Origin: a virus
Lineage: Duplodnaviria > Caudoviricetes
Reading direction: 5' to 3' (one strand)
DNA length: 64,000 nt
Virus record (IMG/VR): IMGVR_UViG_3300035544_000079
Location: 1 to 64,000 of that record
Shown: in pieces, positions 44,478 to 54,662 of the stretch
Numbering within the stretch: the first letter of the stretch is position 1
Layout: each line of letters starts with the position of its first letter
The notes under the pieces: generated by a model
What the model was told of the DNA's origin: nothing
The model's database searches: none
What the model saw: the letters and a program-made list of their open reading frames with translations, nothing else
Made by a program: the position numbers and the translations under genes

Positions 44478-44531
44478 GTTAAATAGTATTAAAAAGTACA
44501 AATAAAAATAAACATAGGGCTAAAATTCACC

Positions 44532-44642
44532 AGATTGTTAAATTTGGAGGTAATGCGAATAATTCTTCTCTAGATGGTCTAGGGACGCTTAATGCGAATA
44601 ATTCCTCTACGAATGTTTCCACGAATATTGGTTCAGGCATCT
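44532..44642 (+). ncRNA. DGR template repeat (TR)
   Basis: 111-nt AAT-rich copy of the VR, located between target and RT. Confidence 0.95.
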
Positions 44643-44756
44643 TGTAAACTAAGAACCTTTAGCCCTTGCCACTTGGCAAAACAAATAACTAAACTTCATT
44701 ACATATTAGTAAGATTAAATTCTGAAAGTTTGGAAGTAACAAGACGAAAGAAAAAT

Positions 44757-45812
44757 ATGAAAAGATACAACAATTTAATTGAAAGTATTATAGACCAAAA
44801 TAACTTAATTGAAGCACATAATAATGCAAAGATAGGAAAAGATTTTTATAAAGAAGTAAAAGAATTAGATAGTTACTTAGACTACTATATAGAAGATTTA
44901 TATAATAAGTTAACTACAAGAACTTTTACTACAAGTCCATATACAGCATTTATTAAACAAGATTCAGGCAAAGAAAGAATAATATATAAATTACCTTACT
45001 ACCCAGATAGGATAGTACATCACGCTATAATGCAAGTATTAGAGCCTATATGGAAGAAAACATTAATAGCAGATACTTATCAAAGTATTAGAGGTAGAGG
45101 TGTTCATAAGTGTTTTAAAAAAGTTAAAAAGGCTGTACAACAAGAAAGATTAAGTTATTACCTACAGATAGATGTAAATAAATTCTACCCTTCAGTTAAG
45201 AATGATGTTGTAAAGAAAGTAATAAGACAAAAGATTAAGTGTAAAGGCACATTAGCTTTATTAGATGATATAATAAATAGTCATCCAGAGTTACCTATAG
45301 GAAACTATATAAGTCAGTACTTAGGAAATCTAACATTGTCTAAAATAGACCACTTAATGAAAGAGAAACTTAAATGTAAAAATTACTATAGATACTGTGA
45401 TGATATAGTAATCATATCAGATAATAAGAAATTTCTACATAAATGTTTAGATATTTTAAGTAAAGAATTATATAAAATACAATTAACGATTAAGAAGAAC
45501 TATAGTATAAATAAAATCAATCATAGACAAGGTATTGACTTTTTAGGATATGTTGTGTATAAAGATAAAGTATTAATAAGAAAAAGAATAGCTAAAGAAT
45601 TTAAAAGAAAGATTATGAAAGCTATAAAGAATAAAGATACAAAGGCAGTAGATTTTTTAAGTGCTTATTATGGTTGGTTTAGGTATGCAGATTGCTATAA
45701 TTTATGGAATAAGTATATAACAATGTATTATAATATGTTTATAGCTAATTATCCTAAACATAAGTATATGAATAGAGTATATAAGCTATACACTAAATTT
45801 AATAAACGATAA
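44757..45812 (+). CDS. DGR reverse transcriptase
   Basis: YPDRIVHH, YQSIRGRGVH, DVNKFYPS, LPIGNYISQ, YCDD; probable start ATG 44757 (MKRYNNL). Confidence 0.95.
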   Translation: MKRYNNLIESIIDQNNLIEAHNNAKIGKDFYKEVKELDSYLDYYIEDLYNKLTTRTFTTSPYTAFIKQDSGKERIIYKLPYYPDRIVHHAIMQVLEPIWKKTLIADTYQSIRGRGVHKCFKKVKKAVQQERLSYYLQIDVNKFYPSVKNDVVKKVIRQKIKCKGTLALLDDIINSHPELPIGNYISQYLGNLTLSKIDHLMKEKLKCKNYYRYCDDIVIISDNKKFLHKCLDILSKELYKIQLTIKKNYSINKINHRQGIDFLGYVVYKDKVLIRKRIAKEFKRKIMKAIKNKDTKAVDFLSAYYGWFRYADCYNLWNKYITMYYNMFIANYPKHKYMNRVYKLYTKFNKR

Positions 45813-45833
45813 AGCAAAAATAAAGGAAGAAGT

Positions 45834-46223
45834 ATGGAGATACAAGAAATAAAAATAGTACAAAGTTCAGTAGAGCCTAGTGTTACTGAAGAGTTACAAG
45901 GTAAAATACTTGTTAACTTCAATATAGAAGAAAAAACTAGAATAGATAATAATGAAGAAGAAATTACTTATTATGAATATTATCAAATATCTAGACCTTT
46001 AGGGGATACAGAAGATAGGATAGAAAAGTATACTAACTATGCTAAGATACAAATTATGCAAGAGTATTTAGAGAAAACAGATTATATCTCAAATAAATAT
46101 CAAGACGAAGTTATACTTTTAGGAAATTTAACACAAGAAGAGTTTATAGAAAAGTATCAAGAAGTATTAAATACAAGAAGTACTTACAGAGGTAATATAA
46201 ATAAAATATATAAAAATATGTGA
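45834..46223 (+). CDS. tail-fibre-associated protein (not Avd-like)
   Basis: Beta-rich N-half, YLEKTDY motif; function uncertain. Confidence 0.4.
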   Translation: MEIQEIKIVQSSVEPSVTEELQGKILVNFNIEEKTRIDNNEEEITYYEYYQISRPLGDTEDRIEKYTNYAKIQIMQEYLEKTDYISNKYQDEVILLGNLTQEEFIEKYQEVLNTRSTYRGNINKIYKNM

Positions 46224-46321
46224 ATGTGGGCAGAAATGTTCTTATGTATTCTGTTATAATAGTATTTGGAAGAAAATATAAAGATGTTTAAGGTATTATA
46301 AAGAAATATAAAAGGAAAAAT

Positions 46322-47227
46322 ATGATAGTAACAAAAGAAAATGGAACGATTTATACAAAATATATTAAAAATATATGTATGTGGTTAGGTAAAGGGTTTG
46401 TAAAAGTTTATCCTTACTTAGCTGTAATGTTGGTGTTAGCTGGATTATACTTTCACACACAAGCTATGGTTATCCTAGGTTTAATATTTATCACTCATTT
46501 AATTATAGCATTTAGTACTAGAGATAAAACTAGGCCTATTTGTTATAATTATTTCTTAACTAATAATTGGCATATACCAAGATTAACTAGAGATGATAAG
46601 TTAATTATTAAAGAAGATGATGATAAATACACATTTGTTTCATCTAAATATAATTCTACAAATATATTAACTAAAAGAGAGATTCCAAGTTGGTTATTTT
46701 GGATTTCCTTCTTAGGTGGTTGGATTTGGTTTGGAGATAATTCTGATGCAGATTTAACTGTTGAAAATTATGCTGATGACATTATAAGAGAAAAAAAGCA
46801 CTTTGATTGGATACCTAGTTGGCTAGGTTTTCATAAAGAAATACAAAGAGAGTGGGATTATATTAAAACTCAACCTAAAGGAACTTCTTTCCATTTAGCT
46901 GAAGGGAGAACTAAAGTAAGTATACTTAAAACACCTCTTATGACTTTACTATGGCAAATAAGAAATACGAGTTATAACTATGGCTACTACTTTGAAGAAA
47001 AAGCCAAAGATGATAAAGACTTCTATTATTATCATACTAAGAGAAAATATCCTATACCTACATTAAATAGTTGGAATGGAATACCTTATATTTGGTATGA
47101 GATGTCTTATCTTCACTTTGGGTTTATCCCTTATGATAATAGTGAGAGACAAGGTAGAGCTGTTATATTTACTGAAGATATAAATAAGGTTGATGATGAA
47201 ATCAGGAACATATACATCAATGGATAA
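46322..47227 (+). CDS. membrane protein of unknown function
   Basis: Two N-terminal hydrophobic segments, Trp-rich body; TGnTATAAT upstream. Confidence 0.5.
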   Translation: MIVTKENGTIYTKYIKNICMWLGKGFVKVYPYLAVMLVLAGLYFHTQAMVILGLIFITHLIIAFSTRDKTRPICYNYFLTNNWHIPRLTRDDKLIIKEDDDKYTFVSSKYNSTNILTKREIPSWLFWISFLGGWIWFGDNSDADLTVENYADDIIREKKHFDWIPSWLGFHKEIQREWDYIKTQPKGTSFHLAEGRTKVSILKTPLMTLLWQIRNTSYNYGYYFEEKAKDDKDFYYYHTKRKYPIPTLNSWNGIPYIWYEMSYLHFGFIPYDNSERQGRAVIFTEDINKVDDEIRNIYING

Positions 47228-47383
47228 AATTATTAGAGAGTTTAGTGAAGTACCTAAGCTTTATAATTCTACAAGAGTTGATTTAAGAACAAATAATATA
47301 GGACATAAGGTAATATTCGACCCCGAAGCATTTAATAATGTTAATACTTTAGAAAGAAACAAACAAATAATATTTAGTTATGA

Positions 47384-47734
47384 ATGGAGGATAGAATTTT
47401 GATTAATATAAGCACACTCTTAACTAATATTAAAGTTTACATTTATATAGGACTATTTTTAGGAGTAATTTCTTTTTTAGTTTATGCTTACTATAAATAT
47501 AATAATATGATTTCTACAATAGAAAATCAAGAGATTATTATTAAAAATAAAGACATAGAGTTAAGTATAGAAAAAGCTAATTATAAAGAATTAGAAAGAA
47601 AACACTCTAACGAAATACTTAAGTTAAAAGCTGAAACTAAAATAAAAGCTAAACAAAAAGAAATAGAAAAAGGAGTAAGTTATGATAAAAGCAATTCAAG
47701 GGAAATTACCTCTACATATATTGATTTGCCTTAG
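47384..47734 (+). CDS. inner-membrane spanin (Rz-like)
   Basis: N-terminal TM followed by coiled coil; overlaps a lipoprotein gene. Confidence 0.7.
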   Translation: MEDRILINISTLLTNIKVYIYIGLFLGVISFLVYAYYKYNNMISTIENQEIIIKNKDIELSIEKANYKELERKHSNEILKLKAETKIKAKQKEIEKGVSYDKSNSREITSTYIDLP

Positions 47735-48038
47735 TGCTTTTAGCCTCTTCTTTTCAGGCTGTTCTCAAAAGGAACCTCAAGTAATTATTCAAAAAGAGTA
47801 CATTTATGAAAAACCTTTTGAGTTCGTTATTTATGATACAAAAGGTTTAAGAGTAAATGCTAAAACAAAAGAACTTCAAAGAATATGTACTCCTTTAGTT
47901 CTTGAAGTAGGAGGTATTTATAGAAAATTTATTAATGGTTATGAAGAACAAATTAAAGAGTATAATACTTATAATAAAAATAAGAGTATAAATAATACTA
48001 AGGATACTTATATATCAAATAAAAAAGAGCTTAAATGA
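47682..48038 (+). CDS. outer-membrane spanin lipoprotein (Rz1-like)
   Basis: Lipobox FFSG-C. Confidence 0.72.
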   Translation: MIKAIQGKLPLHILICLSAFSLFFSGCSQKEPQVIIQKEYIYEKPFEFVIYDTKGLRVNAKTKELQRICTPLVLEVGGIYRKFINGYEEQIKEYNTYNKNKSINNTKDTYISNKKELK

Positions 48039-48310
48039 CTTTAGAAGAAAAAGATAAATATAGGTTAAGATTTAAGGTAGCTTCTATTTTAATGGTTTTT
48101 GGTGTTCTTGTTGGAGGAATTATTTTAGCTTACTTTGGAAGTATAAGTGGTTTCGGAGGAATTGCTGGTTCAGTGTGTGCTTTTGCAAGTGCTGTTTTTG
48201 GGATAGATTATTATACTTCCCCTAAAGATACTAATAAATCAAGCACTTCTAAAGATAATTCCTTTAAAAGAAATAATCTAGACATAGATACAGAGTTAGG
48301 TAGGTATTAA
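48035..48310 (+). CDS. holin (putative)
   Basis: Two TM segments and a charged C-terminal tail in the lysis cassette. Confidence 0.6.
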   Translation: MTLEEKDKYRLRFKVASILMVFGVLVGGIILAYFGSISGFGGIAGSVCAFASAVFGIDYYTSPKDTNKSSTSKDNSFKRNNLDIDTELGRY

Positions 48311-48372
48311 TAATACTAAAGTATTAAAATATTAAAATACTAATAAATAAAAATATTTGAGGAATAATTTAG

Positions 48373-48957
48373 ATGGATTTTTTTAATAAAGGCTTAGAAA
48401 AAACAAGCAAATTAAGCGAAAATGATGCTAATGAGTTATTTAATAGGCTAAGATTTTTAGAAATGAAAGGTGCTGAGCAAGATAAAGATATTAGCTCTAT
48501 TATTACAGCTGTTAGAGAAGTCAAAGAAATATTTAAAGAGCATGATGATAAAGAGATGAAAAAATATGAACAAACAGATAACTCAATAAAGCAAATGACT
48601 GAAAGTATGATTAAAGTTAATGAAAATCTAAACTCTTTAGATAGTAGTATAAAAAATCAATCCACTCAATTAGAAAAGTTATCAGAGGCTCATTATAAGC
48701 ATAAAGAGGATGTAGATAACAGATTAGATAAGCAAGACGCTAAGATAAATAAAATGTTAGGAGGATTGATTTTGGGCTCAATTCTTTTGGGTATGTCTTG
48801 GCAAGTATATACTTACTTTGCCAATAAGTTTGAAAGACAAGAGCATGTAAGAATTGAAGAGAAAAAACAACTAGAAGAAAAGATTAAGTTACTAGAAAAT
48901 TATACGAATAGGAATAAAGGTAGTTTAGATACTTTAAAACAAATAAAAGGTAAATAA
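48373..48957 (+). CDS. coiled-coil membrane protein (holin/antiholin-like)
   Basis: Long coiled coil with one C-terminal TM, before the endolysin. Confidence 0.45.
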   Translation: MDFFNKGLEKTSKLSENDANELFNRLRFLEMKGAEQDKDISSIITAVREVKEIFKEHDDKEMKKYEQTDNSIKQMTESMIKVNENLNSLDSSIKNQSTQLEKLSEAHYKHKEDVDNRLDKQDAKINKMLGGLILGSILLGMSWQVYTYFANKFERQEHVRIEEKKQLEEKIKLLENYTNRNKGSLDTLKQIKGK

Positions 48958-48977
48958 AGAAAATAGAAAGGATAACG

Positions 48978-49613
48978 ATGGATTACAATACATCTGATAA
49001 GTCCAATATATGTTTTAATTGGACAGTAGGTAAAGAGGGTGGGTTTGTACATAATATAGATGGAGATGGTCTATATACGCTCTTTGGGATAACTCAAAAG
49101 TATAACCCTAATTGGGAGGGTTGGGATATAGTAAATCAAATAATAAAAGACCGCCCAAAAGATTATAAAGAAATTATTAATAAAAATACAGAGTTAAAAG
49201 CTTTAGCACAAAAAAGATATAAAAATAAGTATTGGGAAACTCTTTGGGAAGAATTACCAATTAGATTTGGTTTAGTATTTTTTGATATGAGAGTTCAACA
49301 TGGAAGAAGATTAGATAAAGAGATTCAAAAACTTATCAAAAGAAAACTTCCTAAAGAAATTGCTGAATATGAAGCACAAGGAAAAAGATTTGTTGATAGT
49401 TATTATGGAAAGACTACCCAAAAATATATTTTAAAAATGCTTAATCAGTATGGTGAAATGGAAATTTTGTTTCAATTACTTTTAGAGAGGCTTGATTTAT
49501 TTGTAGATTGGGCTGAGTATAAGAATAAAAAACACCTTTATTTTGGTACAACAAAGCATAGAGTGAGAGATTTATATATGGAGATTCTTAAATCAAAATA
49601 TAATGAGGATTAA
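48978..49613 (+). CDS. endolysin, glycoside hydrolase family 108
   Basis: EGGFVHNIDGDG...TLFGIT motif. Confidence 0.8.
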   Translation: MDYNTSDKSNICFNWTVGKEGGFVHNIDGDGLYTLFGITQKYNPNWEGWDIVNQIIKDRPKDYKEIINKNTELKALAQKRYKNKYWETLWEELPIRFGLVFFDMRVQHGRRLDKEIQKLIKRKLPKEIAEYEAQGKRFVDSYYGKTTQKYILKMLNQYGEMEILFQLLLERLDLFVDWAEYKNKKHLYFGTTKHRVRDLYMEILKSKYNED

Positions 49614-49631
49614 TTAAATAAAAGGTTTAAA

Positions 49632-49658
49632 AAGAGGGATTAGCTACCCTCTTCTTTT
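49632..49658. terminator. bidirectional terminator between convergent modules
   Basis: AAGAGGG-N8-CCCTCTT hairpin flanked by A and T runs. Confidence 0.75.
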
Positions 49659-50884
49659 GGTTTAAACTTCAAACATCTCTCTAAACTTATCATCACCTAA
49701 CTTTAGTAACTTAGCTTTTCTAAAAGGTTTTTCTTCTATAGTATAACTTATATCAATATGGTTTTTAGACCAAAGTACTTCATCACCTTTTTCAATATTA
49801 ATTGTTAAAATATCTTGGTTAAGAAATGTCTCTAAAACAAGATTATAATTAATACCTTCCTTAAACTTACTATTAATAACTTTTCTTACGAAATACTTAT
49901 TATTATTATCATTACCCACGTTATTATCTTTCATGTCTCTCCTTTAATTCTTTTAATTTATTTTTTAACTTTTTATTTTCATTTTCTAAGTCCTGTACCC
50001 ATAACTCTAATATGTTAATACTAGAATAAGCATAATTAATCCCCCTTTCTAAAGATTTTCTCTCTAGTGCTCTAGCTTTAGCTAATCTTTGATAATAAGT
50101 TTCTTTAGTACCTTCTTTATTTAGTATAAAAGGTTCTCTTGTTATCTTTAAATTCTTATAAGTAGTACTTATATACTTAAGAGCTAACTCTTCTGATGAC
50201 CAAACTGAGTCAATAACTGTACTAAAGTTACCATCAACAATTTCATGTACGAGATATATTGGTTGGGTATTTTTCATATTTTTCTCCTTATTTTTTAACT
50301 TTCTAATTTAATTTTTATGCTAGTGAATTATATTGCTAAGAGTGTCAAGATAATCTATTTGTTCTTCACCAATACTAATTCCAATGAATCCACAGTCAAC
50401 ATCACTTGCATTGTCATAATCTTCTTTAGAATAAACACATGGTGTTCCATCTACCATAATAACAACCAAGCCGTGTTTTTTAAGATTTTCCAACGCTCTT
50501 TTTACTCTCGTTATTGCCGACTTTTGTTCCTTAGTTAAATCACAGTATTCAGTAGCCATTTGTATCTCCTTTAATTTTTTAACTTTCTAATTTAATTTTT
50601 AAAATTATGCAATTTATCCCAAAATTTTTTAGGACACCTAATCTTACCAATTTTTACCTACTTTTTAAGTTTCTCCTACCAAATAAACCTTTTTAGTCTT
50701 TCTTGATACATTATTCATTTAGAGCTTTATCTTCAATATTTGTATAGAGAAAGAGGTGTTAAATTAAGTTAGGATTAGTCTTTACATTATTTCTCCTTTT
50801 GTTTTTTTTATGAAATGATTATACAAGAATATTTCCTATGGTTTGCTTAAAGGGGTATTTACAAAGTAATATGTAAAAAGAACT

Positions 50885-52048
50885 CTAAGAGGTTAATTCC
50901 TCGAAATCTCCTTTTATTAAATCTTTACTAAACCTTTTAGGAATTTTTTTCTCTTTAATGTATTTAAACATTTCCTCATCAGAGACCTTGTAATTTCCCC
51001 ATATATCCATTCTATTAAACTGTACTAATTTTTCAAAACTAAATAAATATCCATCTCCTCTTATAAAATTTTTTAAAGTTATATTAACTTTTGCTTCTAA
51101 TATCTGTAAATTATCAACATGGTCTAACCCATTTATATATTTACCATTTAGTGGGACTATATGGTCTATGTGAAATTCTGTTGAATATCTTTTATTGAAA
51201 TACTCCCTAACCCTATAAAGCTTTTTCTCATATTTTTTATCTTCTTTACTTCCTCTTAGCCTTTTAGCCATTTTCATAGCTGTAACTCTTCTACCATGTA
51301 TAGGATTATACTTACTTTTATAATTAACTTTTTTAATGTAATTTAAAGTACATTGGTTACTTTTTCTCCTATACTCAGGGTCATTACTACGTCTCTCTCT
51401 ATTTAAAGCATTCATACACGATTTACACTTCCTAAATTTTAGTATAGAAGGTTTGGAGGATTTAAAACCTTGATTCCCAAGAAGTTCTACTATATTTTCA
51501 TCTTGTAAGAACAATTCCCCACACCTTGAACACTTACCTTGTATCAGTTCTTTACCTTTTGTTAAATTTTTTACTTCAAGTATAAATTTATCTTTTGACA
51601 TAACTCCTTTTAATTGCTCTTGTTTATGTAAATACCTTAAAGTCTTTTCATACTCTTCTCTTAGTCTATGGAAATTTTTAGCAAGGATTGTGTAAGGAAC
51701 TCTTTTATCTATAGGTATTTTACCTTTTTTATCACTAAAACATTTATGACATATACCTTTATACTCATTTACCTCATTATAATATATCCTAAACTGTTTG
51801 CCCATATCTTTATTTTTATAGAATTTTGTTTTACAACAAGTACATTTAAAAAACCCTTTAGTCTTTGTATTCATATTTTCTAAACAAGTTGAGCAATATT
51901 CTTGTTTTTTAAATAAAATATTTTCAGGAAAAGGTCTTCTATGTAACTTTTTTACTCTTTTCCACTCATTGTTAGGATTATATCTGTTAAACTTTTTACC
52001 ACAATCCTTACAAGTATATTCTTCCTCTTCTACATATTCATATTTCAT
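50885..52048 (-). mobile_element. HNH endonuclease with CxxC repeats
   Basis: HIDHIVPL...GLDHVDNLQ motif plus multiple CxxC; ATGA-coupled to the upstream polymerase-like gene. Confidence 0.78.
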
Positions 52049-53646
52049 TCTAATAATTCCTCGAAATTACTTTCTAATTTTTCTTTACTAAAAGTTAAAT
52101 CATAACCTAACTCTTTCATAACAATTCTACTTAATTCCTCTAAGTCAATATTATTAGGAGATATAAATTCATCAAATAATAATAAACTAATATCATACCT
52201 TTTACAAACTATATCTAGGATTTGACTTTCTACACCATTATAAATAAAACTTAATACTTTAGGGTTATTCCACTTATCAAGGTTTTTAGAAGTACCTCTT
52301 GTATTTAATACTTTGTACTTTGTTTTCAACTCTTTAGCATTTTCTAAGGCTTTTTGTTTAAAATATTCCCCTAATTCATTATATAAGTAAATAATCTCTT
52401 CAACAATGTTTTGTACTTTAGTATTATTAAGAGCTTTTACTAAATTATCTCCTCCTATACTTTTTACTATAGTTGAATACTGTTCAAGGCTTTCAAGATT
52501 AGTTGATAAATTAGCTCCAAACAATAAAGCTGTAAAATACTGTTTAGCTTGTTTATAAGTAAAACCTTCTTTTACAAGCTCTTGTCTGAATTGTTCTTTA
52601 TCTCTAATATATTCCTCAATATAATAAAAGTTACACTTCTTTGCAATAAACCTCCAATAAAGTTGATAAAATACATTTATAACTGCCGTATTAATATCAT
52701 AAGCATATTGCCCTTCAAACATTACTGCCCTAAATTTACTAGGCAACTGTTGTGGAACAATATTACTATTATAATTAGCCCTTTGGTAAAGTCTCCCTCC
52801 ACCTTTTCTTTGATAAACAAATGTACTTTCTAACCCTTTTAAATCCCTAAAATCAGAAACTACCGAAGCAAAGTGAATACAATTTAACATATTACTATTG
52901 TTACTAACATTCCTTTTTAAAAAAGAAATACAATCATCAATTCTTTCATCATTTAGTTTAGGGTAATGTTGGAAGTCAATATCTCCCTTTAACTCTTTTT
53001 TAGTAAGAACTTGTCTATGTTGTTTTGATGGTAATGTTTTAAATACTTCCATATACTTTTCCATAAAATCTTCTGTTTCTCTGTTAGACAACCCTAATTC
53101 CTCCTTCATTTGTTTTCTAGTTAAATAGATTTCTTTATTCATAATATTATAACATATCTTTTCTTCAAACTTTCTTAAGTAATATGTTATTAGTTTATCT
53201 TCTGTTGAGACAAATGCTAAATAGACATCTTCTAAAATACCTTCTTTTATTCTATACCCTTTAGTATATCCCTTAGTATTATAGGTATTTATTTCATTAT
53301 CTCTTAAGTAAAACCTATACCCTAAATCTTCCTCAAAGATTTCATAAAAGATATGTTTCTTATGTCTTGTTGCATAAGTACCTAATATCTTATCTAATGT
53401 TTTAAAACTTATTGAGTAAAGGTTCTTATCCTCAGAGTGTGAAAGAATAGAACCTTTTTGAATTAAGTTAAAGAGATATATAATAGAGTATGTTTGCTTA
53501 AAGTTTTTTTGAAGGATTTTATACTTACTTATTATCTTATTGTAATTAACCTTAGAGACAAACTCTGTAGGTATCTTATCTTTAGTATTCTTAGTATCAG
53601 TACTAATTGTATTAGTCTTATGTTTATTCTTATCTATACTTTTTAT
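52045..53646 (-). CDS. PolA/T7-RNAP-fold polymerase-like protein, paralog 2 (probable ATA start)
   Basis: GGRLY, YDINTA, KQYFTALLFG, LLLFDEF; frame open 168 codons above ATG 53142 to AAGGAG-N5-ATA. Confidence 0.55.
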   Translation of the reverse strand: MKSIDKNKHKTNTISTDTKNTKDKIPTEFVSKVNYNKIISKYKILQKNFKQTYSIIYLFNLIQKGSILSHSEDKNLYSISFKTLDKILGTYATRHKKHIFYEIFEEDLGYRFYLRDNEINTYNTKGYTKGYRIKEGILEDVYLAFVSTEDKLITYYLRKFEEKICYNIMNKEIYLTRKQMKEELGLSNRETEDFMEKYMEVFKTLPSKQHRQVLTKKELKGDIDFQHYPKLNDERIDDCISFLKRNVSNNSNMLNCIHFASVVSDFRDLKGLESTFVYQRKGGGRLYQRANYNSNIVPQQLPSKFRAVMFEGQYAYDINTAVINVFYQLYWRFIAKKCNFYYIEEYIRDKEQFRQELVKEGFTYKQAKQYFTALLFGANLSTNLESLEQYSTIVKSIGGDNLVKALNNTKVQNIVEEIIYLYNELGEYFKQKALENAKELKTKYKVLNTRGTSKNLDKWNNPKVLSFIYNGVESQILDIVCKRYDISLLLFDEFISPNNIDLEELSRIVMKELGYDLTFSKEKLESNFEELLE

Positions 53647-53825
53647 ACTTACTCCTTTCTATTAATATATTATAATAATCCCTAACAACCTTTCGACAAA
53701 GGAAGCAACACGCCTGTATATATTGTACATTTTAGCATTTTTTTATGTAAAAAGTCCCTTGCCATGGGGTCTAGCACCCGTAATCGTTAAGTATTTAATC
53801 CTCTATATTTTATTTTTAAAATCTT

Positions 53826-54020
53826 TTAACCAACCAAAACTTCTCTGACTTTATCTTTCCCAAAAGCTTGTAATAAAATAATATATGTTTCAAGCATTTT
53901 GCTAATACACTCTTTGTTAGATTTACTTAAAGTAGTTGGGTGTAAGTTAAAAATCTCACAGAACTCTTTATTTGTACTATCTAAATCAAGTAATCTTTTT
54001 TTGAATTCTTTATAAGTCAT
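53826..54020 (-). CDS. small HTH DNA-binding protein
   Basis: NKEFCEIFNLHPTTLSK HTH-like pattern. Confidence 0.55.
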   Translation of the reverse strand: MTYKEFKKRLLDLDSTNKEFCEIFNLHPTTLSKSNKECISKMLETYIILLQAFGKDKVREVLVG

Positions 54021-54140
54021 ATTCCTCCTTTCTTATCTATTAGATATTCTCTATTAATATATGGGGCGTTTTTATGATTTTACACTTTTTTATTTAACTA
54101 AATTTAAAAATTTGTATCCTTATTAAAAGGAATGGCTTAA

Positions 54141-54662
54141 TTAAACTCCAAAATACCTCTTAATATCCTCAACCTTAATGAACTCATAATTATTACAATC
54201 AATATTAACATTAAAGTATCTTTTATCAACTTCTCCGTTATCTAAGATAGCTCTTTTTGATAAATCTTTGTTATAATGTAAATGACCTTGAAGATTTCCG
54301 ACTCTTTCTCGTATTTCTTGAGGGTGAATAGGACAATGAGATACCCACATATTCTTATAACTAAACAAAGGTAATTGAATCTCAATATTAGGGTGTCTTT
54401 CTCTATATAAATTCTTTGAATCATGGTTTCCTAATACAATCTTTAACTTAGCCTTTATTTGCCTTATTTGCTCCATATATGACTCATAATTATCCCCATC
54501 AAAAATAAAATCCCCTAAGATATATAATGTATCTCTTTTAGTAAGACTTAATATTTTATCAATCATAAATTGGTGGTGTTCCTCAGCAGAGTTAAATCTA
54601 GTTCTATACTTATTTATTGACTTGTGATTGATGTGAATGTCACTTGTAAAATAACAAGCCAT
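54141..54662 (-). CDS. calcineurin-like metallophosphoesterase
   Basis: SDIH, LGD, GNHD, SHCP, GHLH motifs. Confidence 0.9.
   Translation of the reverse strand: MACYFTSDIHINHKSINKYRTRFNSAEEHHQFMIDKILSLTKRDTLYILGDFIFDGDNYESYMEQIRQIKAKLKIVLGNHDSKNLYRERHPNIEIQLPLFSYKNMWVSHCPIHPQEIRERVGNLQGHLHYNKDLSKRAILDNGEVDKRYFNVNIDCNNYEFIKVEDIKRYFGV

Noticed and set aside
44592-44756. RT start at 44592 as called by the ORF track
   Set aside because: That extension runs through the TR and spacer RNA; typical DGR RT sequence begins at ATG 44757.
20894-54095. Invertible 33-kb segment bounded by the 45-bp inverted repeats
   Set aside because: The repeats are imperfect and no recombinase is seen; a promoter or binding-site role is simpler.
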